Virus record (IMG/VR): IMGVR_UViG_3300020042_006114
Coordinates: 1-29,875 of that record
Length of the DNA: 29,875 nucleotides
Source of the DNA: a virus
Lineage: Duplodnaviria; Caudoviricetes
Direction: 5' to 3' (one strand)
Shown piece after piece: positions 1-7,673 of this stretch. Under the pieces are notes generated by a model, which saw only the letters and a program-made list of their open reading frames with translations, was not told the origin of the DNA and did no database searches. The translations under genes and the position numbers were made by a program. Numbering within the stretch: position 1 is the first letter of the stretch; every line of letters begins with the position of its first letter.

Positions 1-326
1 TTTGATAACTCAGAATATGGTTTAAAAAAGAAAGATTTAGATTCAAGAATAAAACAAACTGAAAATGAGTTAGAAGTTTCAGCAGAAACATTTACTAATT
101 TAACAAAAGCATCTTCGTTGTATTTATTGGTTACTAAATCATCTAACTCTTTATTTAATCCTTCTAATTTTTTTCTTTGCTCTTCAATTTTAATCTTAGC
201 TAATTTTCTATCAGATGCTTTTGTTAAATTAGTAAATGTTTCTGCTGAAACTTCTAACTCATTTTCAGTTTGTTTTATTCTTGAATCTAAATCTTTCTTT
301 TTTAAACCATATTCTGAGTTATCAAA
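1..326. repeat. 114 bp perfect inverted repeat (1..114 vs 213..326), probable fold-back artefact at contig end
   Basis: 1..114 (tttgataactcagaat...acaaaagcatct) is the exact reverse complement of 213..326, with a 98 bp spacer. It sits at the sequence end and interrupts coding sequence. Confidence 0.9.
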
Positions 327-2105
327 ATGGTCAGCAATAGCTTCTACTTTTTTAGTATAGAACTGTTTTTGTTCTTGATTAAGATTTTCGTTTGAATTTA
401 TTTGTTCAACAAGAGTTTCTCTATTCTCTACGATTGCTTTAACAGCAGAGTGAGCATCTAATTGATTTTGAATTTTTACTGCTTCATTACCTAATAACTT
501 TTTGTTATTTAAATCAGGCTCTTTTATAATTGCAGCTTTCAATTCATCTCTTGCGCTTTCTAATTCCTTAACTTGAGCATCAGTTAAATCAGGATTGTAT
601 GCTAAATCTAAATTTTCTTTTGTCTCATTAACAACTCTTCCAAAAGAATCTAATGGATCTGTTTTTAATGTATTATCGTAATAGTGATTTGCTTCATTAT
701 GAGTTTTATATAATTTACCCGCATGAAGTAAACTAAATCCAACTCCCATTCCTGCTTCCAAGGCTAACTCGTCTCCTGTTGCAAGCCTTCCTTCTTCTAT
801 AGGAGTTCTTAAAGCTCTAGCTGTAGCAAACACACCTGCATTAGAAAGTAGATTAGCTATTGCTGTAGCAAATTTACTATTCATACCTGTTTTAGATATT
901 CCTTTAGCTATAAAAGGCATAGCTTTCCCTGCTACAACTCCAAGAGTATGCATGTAAACACCTTCGGCGGCTCCTACTATTCCGCCCTCAATACCTGCAT
1001 CTACCATGTCCTCACCTTCTTCAGCATTAGCCATACCCGATACAGCTCCCTTGGTTGCCATTATTTTAGTAAATGGAGCTCTTACTGCTTCTTCTATAAA
1101 TTTAGCAGCTTTAGGAGCGTATTTTTTAACTAAAGGTTTTGCGTCTTTTGAAATTTCAGTTCCCCAATTAGCAAACTTCCCTTCTGCGGCTTTAGGATTT
1201 TTCATAGTAGATGCTACTAATAAATCAGGAGCTATGCCAACTATACCTTTAACTACATTTATAGGTATATTATCTTCAGGTAACGCATATTCTTGAAGGT
1301 ATTCAACATCTTTAATTCTCTTTTTAAGATTTGCATCTTGTTGATTTAAAGAAGCTACAACAGCATTTTTTTTATCTTGAGGTAATGATGAATTTATTAC
1401 TTTTGAAACAAGTTTAGCAGTTAATTTTATTAAAGGAGTAGGGTCTAATGGACCTCCACCATATTGCATTTGATTAGCAGTTTTAAGCTCTGAAACATCG
1501 CGAAGATTAGTAGTTCCATCTTTATTTTCTTTAGGAACTACTTTCTTTTTTACTGCATCAGTAATAGGTGTATCGGTATCAGGTATATCGTCATCAAAAA
1601 ATCCTTCGTCTTGCAAACTTTTTCTTGCGCTAACTATAAGGTCATCAGCAAACTGATAGACGCTTTTGTTAAATTCACCAAGAACTGCTACTGCTCCTAC
1701 ACCTACTTTTGCTAATGGACTACTAAAAGGTTCTTCATTATCTTTTTTATACTTATCTAAAGCTCTTTTTGTTAAGATAGCTTGCTTATCTTTAACTTCT
1801 TGTGATACAGTAACCGATGAACCATCTTCCGAAGGTGAAGCCATAGTATCTGCTTGAGGCTCCTGAGATTCTGTTGATACCGAAGAATCTTTTTTTTTTA
1901 AAATAGGGGCAGCTTGAGAACCTACTCCAATTAATACTTTGTAATCATTAATGCTTTTAGAATATCCATTACTAACAAATACATCATAAGAGTCTTTTAA
2001 CGCTTGAGGATTTGTATTTATTAATTTTTTGTATTCATCAAAACTTTTAGTGTATCCATTAGATACAAATACATCATACGAGTCTTTTAACGCTTGTTCG
2101 TTCAT
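115..2105 (-). CDS. Large internal virion/ejection (cargo) protein, N-terminal ~660 aa only (3'-truncated)
   Basis: ATG at 2105..2103, just downstream of the 619 aa gene. Translation starts MNEQALKDSYDVFVSNGYTKSFDEYKKLINTNPQALKDSYDVF... The same frame is open where I read it near both ends, and it is absent from the ORF track, consistent with no stop. It has Gly/Ala-rich hydrophobic segments (~720-1100) and a coiled-coil-like region (~115-560). Third of the post-tail cargo-like genes. Confidence 0.75.
1890..1903 (-). other. Candidate -1 frameshift / transcriptional slippage site (TTTT-A10-G)
   Basis: Minus strand reads ATT TTA AAA AAA AAA GAT. The -1 frame continues 32 codons to TAA at 1794..1792. 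Confidence 0.5.
1926..2105 (-). repeat. Two tandem 30-aa (90 bp period) repeats at the N-terminus of the large cargo protein
   Basis: QALKDSYDVFVSNGYTKSFDEYKKLI / QALKDSYDVFVSNGYSKSINDYKVLI. DNA aaatacatcata(a/c)gagtcttttaacgcttg at ~1977 and ~2067. Confidence 0.85.
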
Positions 2106-2117
2106 GTTTTTTGTTTA

Positions 2118-3977
2118 TTAATAACTTCCTATTCTATTTTGCACTGCTCCTCCTCCTGATTTAATAACTCCTGACTCTATTAATTCTGCTGCTGCAGCCT
2201 CTTTATCTTCAACTCCATCTATTTTTTTAGCAGGTAGATTTGCTTTCATCCATTTTGCAGCATTTTCTAAAGCTTTTTTATTTTTAGCATCATTTCCAAC
2301 CGGGAAATTAGGTGAATCTTTAACTCCTTTACCTTTTATATATATATTATCTCCAAAAGTAGTTGATTCTACTTCAAAACCTGTTCCTGTAAGTCTTTCA
2401 TTTAAACTCGCTGCTATATTTGCAGGCTTGGCATCAGGCTTTAATTGTCTAGACATTTTACTATCTATATAAGAAGAGAATTGCTCTACAGATGTTTGTT
2501 TCTGAGGTTTAGGTTCAAAACCTTGGCCGCTAGCAGTTTTATTTAATTTAACTCCTTTAGGAAGGAATTCTTTAACATATTTCAATATAACATCTTCACT
2601 TACATTTTTATATTCATCAGGTAGATTTGATTTTATTGAACCTATAAGAGCTTTTGCTCCTCCAAATACATTATTTTCATCAAATTGATAATTCTGTTGT
2701 TTACTATCTTTATTTACAACATTAGCACCACCCGGTGTTTTGTTATATGCCATATTTGTAACACCTGATAAATATTTACCTGACAGTACAGAATTTTGAT
2801 CATTTCCTGTCATGAAAGTAACTAAATTTTGAGCAAGATTTCTAGCAAATTCTTTTTCTTTCTTAGCAGTTTGACCTGCATTATAAACATACTCAGGAGC
2901 GTAATCTTTTTGTAATTGACCACCAACATCAACTTTCTCAATAATATCATATTTCTCTCTCATTCTATTGAAAGCAAACTTTTCAGCTTCTGCTCTTTGT
3001 TGGTCAGATACTTGAAATTCATAAGTCCCTGATTTTTGATCGTAAACTCTTAATATCTTACTTGGGTCTTTAGCAGCTTCAGCAGCATCATCCGTAGGAC
3101 TGTAATCAATACCGCTATCTGATGTTCTTTTTGTGTCAAATAAAATTGACGCTATATTTGTAGGAGTTCCTAATAACGATGCTACTTTTAATTTCTCAGC
3201 TTCAACAAATTGAAATAAAATTGTTTTTTCATCAGCGCTCAAATTTGTTCTTCTAGTTATATCTTCTCTAGTTATAACCATTCCTTGCTTGTCATATCCT
3301 GCTTTTTGAATAGCTGCAATTTGGTTTTTACCCAAAGTAGGAATCCACTTATTGATTTTATCTTCTAATTTATTATGAGGAATTGTATTTAATAATAACC
3401 CATTTAAAGCAGTAGGAGTTGTTATCTTGTCTAACTTTTTGACTTTTTTACCATCAATCTCTTGTTCTGTCTCAATACCAACCATTAAGTTTCCTTCAGG
3501 AGACATTATATATCCATTTGTACTCCAATCTCCATAAGACTCTGCTATAGCGGCATTCTCAAGAGTTAACCCTGACATCTCTTCAGAATTAACACCATCA
3601 ATTATTTTTTGGTAATTTTCTTGATAAGCTTTATTTGCGTTAAACGCTAAGTCAATACCATCTAAAGCATTTTGATTGTATATAAGATAGTCCCTTGGAT
3701 CTAACCTACCACTTTTCATTAACTTCTCTTGAATCAACAAATTCTTACTAACAACATCAGCCATCTTTAAAGCAGACTGTCTTGCGCTTGCATGTGCTCC
3801 AACGGGTGTATTTGATATTTGCTTAAGCGCATCTTTAGTGGCTTTATCTAAAGCATCTTTCTTTTCCTGACGAACTCTCATAGTTTCGTCAAGCATATCA
3901 GTAGTATACTGACCTACTTCACGCCAATCAACGTATGAGTCGGCATTTCTTTCTACATAACCATATCCTAAAGGCAT
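2118..3977 (-). CDS. Putative internal virion/ejection (cargo) protein
   Basis: 619 aa helical, charged ORF tightly packed between other cargo-like genes downstream of the tail genes, the usual podovirus position for ejection proteins. Confidence 0.6.
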   Translation of the reverse strand: MPLGYGYVERNADSYVDWREVGQYTTDMLDETMRVRQEKKDALDKATKDALKQISNTPVGAHASARQSALKMADVVSKNLLIQEKLMKSGRLDPRDYLIYNQNALDGIDLAFNANKAYQENYQKIIDGVNSEEMSGLTLENAAIAESYGDWSTNGYIMSPEGNLMVGIETEQEIDGKKVKKLDKITTPTALNGLLLNTIPHNKLEDKINKWIPTLGKNQIAAIQKAGYDKQGMVITREDITRRTNLSADEKTILFQFVEAEKLKVASLLGTPTNIASILFDTKRTSDSGIDYSPTDDAAEAAKDPSKILRVYDQKSGTYEFQVSDQQRAEAEKFAFNRMREKYDIIEKVDVGGQLQKDYAPEYVYNAGQTAKKEKEFARNLAQNLVTFMTGNDQNSVLSGKYLSGVTNMAYNKTPGGANVVNKDSKQQNYQFDENNVFGGAKALIGSIKSNLPDEYKNVSEDVILKYVKEFLPKGVKLNKTASGQGFEPKPQKQTSVEQFSSYIDSKMSRQLKPDAKPANIAASLNERLTGTGFEVESTTFGDNIYIKGKGVKDSPNFPVGNDAKNKKALENAAKWMKANLPAKKIDGVEDKEAAAAELIESGVIKSGGGAVQNRIGSY

Positions 3978-3980
3978 AAT

Positions 3981-4973
3981 CTATATTTTTTTAAATTCTA
4001 TATCTAATAAAGAATAATTAACTCTGTCAAATCCATCGCTTCCTTTTACTACTGCGTTCTGTGGTACTTCATCAGACATAACTCCTTGAAAAACGCCTTC
4101 CCCAAATTTAGCTTGGTCTATATACTCAAAAGTATATATATTCAATCCACTTGGAGATTCTCCAATCTTAGTTATATTTTTCTTTAGTTTTCTATCAGAA
4201 CCTACTCCGCTATAATTAACTCCAAACATACCAAATGGAGTCCCCGGCTGAGGCATTTGAGGCCCAAAAACAGGAGGAGCAGGTGGCGGAGCAGGATATC
4301 TACTTGATGCCATGCTTTGAAATGCAGGATTCGTAGTGTTTACCATATTTTTTGAATTACTTGTAGTTAATTGACCTCCACTAGGAGAGAAATCAGTAAC
4401 AGAAGAGAATGGTTCTTTTGTTTTAGCAAACAAAGGAGTCATATTAAGACCCATTTGAGCTGTATCTGCTAAACCTTTAAATCCTGCCTCTGTGTATGCT
4501 GCGCTAGCTTGTTGAGCATCAGCAGCTGCTTTTTGTTGACCTTCAACTTCTCCTAAGTCTAATTGAACGCCTAAGTCTCTTAAACGACTGTTCTCGTCAA
4601 TTATCTCTTTCTCAATTTCAGTCATTTCAGCACCCATAGCGGTTCTTATACCTGCTTGGCCCTCATTTTGAGCCATATATATTTTACCCGCAGTAGCGGC
4701 TGCTCCTCTATCCGACTCTTGACCTGCTTGAATAAGTTGAGAACCTGCTGATAACATTGCTTCTCTCTGTAATTCGTATGGTTCTTTTTGAATTGCTCTT
4801 TCCTTAGAGTAATTTATCTCAAGTTTTTTACGTGCCTCTGCCATTGCAGCAGCTGCTTTTGCCTCTGCCTCTCTTTGCATTTTACCTTGCTTTGATGCCT
4901 GCATAAATGAATTTGCAGTGGATGCTGCCGATATAGCTAAACCTCCTATCGCTACTGCTGTTGCTACTCCCAT
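3981..4973 (-). CDS. Putative ejection protein with C-terminal intramolecular chaperone (peptidase S74-like) domain
   Basis: Hydrophobic Ala/Gly N-terminus (MGVATAVAIGGLAISAA), Ala/Gln coiled coil, Pro-rich linker, then GSDRKLKKNITKIG...IYTFEY...GVMSDEV...VNYS, resembling the S74 SDxRLKxNI motif. Confidence 0.7.
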   Translation of the reverse strand: MGVATAVAIGGLAISAASTANSFMQASKQGKMQREAEAKAAAAMAEARKKLEINYSKERAIQKEPYELQREAMLSAGSQLIQAGQESDRGAAATAGKIYMAQNEGQAGIRTAMGAEMTEIEKEIIDENSRLRDLGVQLDLGEVEGQQKAAADAQQASAAYTEAGFKGLADTAQMGLNMTPLFAKTKEPFSSVTDFSPSGGQLTTSNSKNMVNTTNPAFQSMASSRYPAPPPAPPVFGPQMPQPGTPFGMFGVNYSGVGSDRKLKKNITKIGESPSGLNIYTFEYIDQAKFGEGVFQGVMSDEVPQNAVVKGSDGFDRVNYSLLDIEFKKI

Positions 4974-4974
4974 A

Positions 4975-5385
4975 TTATAATAATTTTATCATTTCACTTG
5001 TATATGTATCTCCTTTGAAATATCCAAGATCCTCATACGTTTTTATTAAGCTATTGTTTTTTATAAGAGCATAAGCATAGCCTGCTCCTGATTCTTTAGC
5101 GATATTAGTAAGAGATGAAATTAATAAAATAATAGCTTCTCTTCTTTTATCTTTTATCTTATATTCTTTGTTTGATACAATCCAATCAACCCAAGATACA
5201 TCTGAATTTGTAATATATATAAAACCTGCACAAACAGGTGTTTCGCCATCGTAAACTATTATTCCTCCTTTGCCATTGTCAGGTAAAAAGTTCCTTTTAG
5301 GCGGCTCCCAACTCCATTGAATCCACCAATCTACTAAGATGTTGTGGTAATCACTTTCATTAAGATTTCTAATAGTTAATTCCAT
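4975..5385 (-). CDS. GNAT-fold acetyltransferase-like protein
   Basis: 136 aa. GGIIVYDGETPVCAGFIY strand, WIVSNKEY, and terminal LIKTYEDLGY resemble GNAT motifs A/B. Lies between tail and ejection genes, like T7 gp13 / P22 gp14. Confidence 0.65.
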   Translation of the reverse strand: MELTIRNLNESDYHNILVDWWIQWSWEPPKRNFLPDNGKGGIIVYDGETPVCAGFIYITNSDVSWVDWIVSNKEYKIKDKRREAIILLISSLTNIAKESGAGYAYALIKNNSLIKTYEDLGYFKGDTYTSEMIKLL

Positions 5386-5392
5386 ATTGAGA

Positions 5393-5400
5393 CAAAGATA
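5393..5400 (-). promoter_or_regulatory. Bacteroidota-type -7 promoter box TATCTTTG
   Basis: Matches TAnnTTTG in the 21 bp gap just upstream of the GNAT gene. Confidence 0.5.
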
Positions 5401-5406
5401 TTAAAT

Positions 5407-6240
5407 TTAAGGGAAACTTTTCATTACTTCAGATTGAACTGAAAATAATTCAATTTTTCCTCTTGAACTATTCTCAATTGTAAATGTACAATAATGTCCT
5501 AAAACCCCATGCGATTCAGCTACTGAATTTTTCACGAATAAGAAGTAATTCACATCTCCCGGTATTGGAGTAGTTAATGGAGTTAGCATATTATTGTTTA
5601 CTACGATTTGGTTTACACCTGATGGATAGTCAATATTTATAGCAATTACAGGTCCTGCAAATTGAAGATTTGCTCCAAAATAAACATAGTCTCCAACACT
5701 TATAATGTTTCCAATAGATACCAATGGATTAATACTAAAGTTTACCTCAGCATTATTTGTACCTGCAAAATCAACTGTTAAGCTGTTTCCTATACCATTT
5801 ACACTTCTAAGAGCAAGTTGTCCACTAGAGTTATTTCTAACAAAAGCATAATAAGTAGCTTCTTTTCTCTCAAACCAACTTGATGTAATAAACCCTGAGT
5901 TTTGTAGGTCAGTTTCTAATTGAGTATCCCAAGTTGAATCCCCTTGTAATGTTATTGTTTTAAATAACTTATTCTCAAGTACAGCATTGTTGAATACGCT
6001 TGTCAACTTTGATGGTTTAAAAGCATTAGGTGATTTATTCGGAGGTATTACGTTATCCACTTTATCCCACCATTCTTGATAAAATATATTTCTTGAAGCA
6101 TTTACGTTATGTCTATATAAATTTCCTCCTTTAAAAGTGTAGAAATAATTGTTCATTCCAATCATCCAATCAGGATAGTAGGAATAGAAAGATACCCAAC
6201 CGGCAACTCCTTCGCTATATGATAAAGTATAATTTGACAT
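5407..6240 (-). CDS. Tail stabilisation (muzzle) protein, C-terminal part
   Basis: Starts YTLSYSEGVAGWVSFYSYYPDWMIGMNNYFYTFKGGNLYRHN (beta-propeller-like). Also K-x-FKTITLQG, FERKEATYY and GVLGHYCTFTI...IELFSV, which I recognise as typical of the C-terminus of crAss-like stabilisation proteins. Confidence 0.6.
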   Translation of the reverse strand: MSNYTLSYSEGVAGWVSFYSYYPDWMIGMNNYFYTFKGGNLYRHNVNASRNIFYQEWWDKVDNVIPPNKSPNAFKPSKLTSVFNNAVLENKLFKTITLQGDSTWDTQLETDLQNSGFITSSWFERKEATYYAFVRNNSSGQLALRSVNGIGNSLTVDFAGTNNAEVNFSINPLVSIGNIISVGDYVYFGANLQFAGPVIAINIDYPSGVNQIVVNNNMLTPLTTPIPGDVNYFLFVKNSVAESHGVLGHYCTFTIENSSRGKIELFSVQSEVMKSFP

Positions 6241-6250
6241 ATTTTATTTT

Positions 6251-7660
6251 TTAAGGAATTTCTACAAAAGTTAAATTTACTTCATAAAACGAACCTACGT
6301 GAAATAATCCATCATTAGTTGTAAAATCAATAAACAACGTATGGACACTTCCTGCAAGTAACAAATAAGGAGGTGGTGTTTGATATGTTTGAACTACAGG
6401 ACCCATTGCGCACCCTTGATTTCCTCCGGGAGCATTGGCATTTGCAATTTGTACTCCGTCTAATTTAAACAATATTTTTTCAAAATTAGCAGCCTCTCTT
6501 TCTCCGACACCACTAAATGACAATCCCATATTAACATCAAGTCCACCAACAGTTATTGTAGCTGTAGCTGTACCGGATTGTATAACAGAACAAGTTCCTC
6601 CACAATTTGTAGAGTCAGTTACATTGTATCTAATTGTCAAGTTTTGATTACTTATAACCCAAGGTGTAGCATTGCAAGGATTATTTACAGTAGTAGCCCA
6701 AACTAATCCTGTTACAGGAAGAGGAGGGGCAGAAGCGCAATCTGTTATTGCTACTATTACTCCATCAATTACTTCTATAACTTTAAATGGATCTGCTACG
6801 TTGTCAGTAAGGTAGAACCCATCTGCTAAAGGAAATTGTCCATTTTCATCATAAAAAACAAAATCATGTATCCCAACGTAAGTATCTGCGGCTGTATGAA
6901 CTTTTGCAAAATAATAAGTGTAAAGTAAAGGTGCGTCACAATTAGATGTTATTGTAGATACTTCTGAAGAAGAAAAAGATGGCAATGCTACCGGGCAAAA
7001 AACTTGAACAGTCCAACCTGTGTTTTGACAAGGTCCAACTACTTCTACATACAATAAATTAGGAGTTGCAGCAGCTTTTGGTATTACTAGTCTTGTAATT
7101 CCGAAAGGTATTGACGTTGTTCCTTGTAGAAAAACATCATCCTCAAATATTGTGACTGATTGTGTAGTTCCTGAATTTACAAATGAAGTTCCATCATAAT
7201 TAAAAACAGTATAATTTCTAGTAACATCAGCTGATCCTAAGCCGCAATTAGCACTTGCTGAGCCTATAACTGTAAAATTATTTGCCGTTCCTTGAACAGC
7301 TCCATAAACAGGAGAACTTATTTTGTTATAAACAATTCCATTGTAAGTTACTCTGATTCCATCAGGTATATTTCCAACAAAGAAGGTGACTATTATGGCT
7401 CCTGTTTCTACACTTCCAACATCTAATGTTAATTTATATAGACCTCTTCCTCCATCTTCATCTATTGATCCCCCACAAGGAGTAGGGCAATCAGGGCAAT
7501 CCTCTGCGATCAATAATATTCCTGATGACTGCTCTCTTGTTGCTGTTGGATCTGAATAGAATCCATCAGGAGCTATATTTAAAAGACTTGAATCTAAATA
7601 TACCGCTGTAGCCAATGATAAATCAGCTGCGTCTAAAAAAAATTGTGAATTTATTGCCAT
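6251..7660 (-). CDS. Cys-rich, beta-rich virion structural (tail appendage) protein
   Basis: 469 aa, Thr/Gly/Val/Cys-rich (EDCPDCPTPCGG). Its N-terminus is paralogous to the C-terminal module of the upstream 1619 aa protein. Confidence 0.55.
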   Translation of the reverse strand: MAINSQFFLDAADLSLATAVYLDSSLLNIAPDGFYSDPTATREQSSGILLIAEDCPDCPTPCGGSIDEDGGRGLYKLTLDVGSVETGAIIVTFFVGNIPDGIRVTYNGIVYNKISSPVYGAVQGTANNFTVIGSASANCGLGSADVTRNYTVFNYDGTSFVNSGTTQSVTIFEDDVFLQGTTSIPFGITRLVIPKAAATPNLLYVEVVGPCQNTGWTVQVFCPVALPSFSSSEVSTITSNCDAPLLYTYYFAKVHTAADTYVGIHDFVFYDENGQFPLADGFYLTDNVADPFKVIEVIDGVIVAITDCASAPPLPVTGLVWATTVNNPCNATPWVISNQNLTIRYNVTDSTNCGGTCSVIQSGTATATITVGGLDVNMGLSFSGVGEREAANFEKILFKLDGVQIANANAPGGNQGCAMGPVVQTYQTPPPYLLLAGSVHTLFIDFTTNDGLFHVGSFYEVNLTFVEIP

Positions 7661-7673
7661 ATTCTATTTATTA

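Noticed and set aside
118-1857. Plus-strand ORFs 118..360, 948..1133, 1006..1296 and 1666..1857
   Set aside because: Antisense shadows of the long minus-strand cargo gene, with no leader or motif support.
115-2105. Virion RNA polymerase as in Crassvirales giant cargo proteins
   Set aside because: No DxDxD-type catalytic context was recognised in the visible part. The gene is truncated, so this cannot be assessed.
3975-3983. TAG-ATT-ATG places the 330 aa and 619 aa genes in frame; possible TAG recoding as in some Crassvirales
   Set aside because: Long genes are intact in the standard code, TAG and TGA end genes at sensible positions with tight coupling, and the S74 domain is naturally C-terminal. 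No suppressor tRNA was seen.
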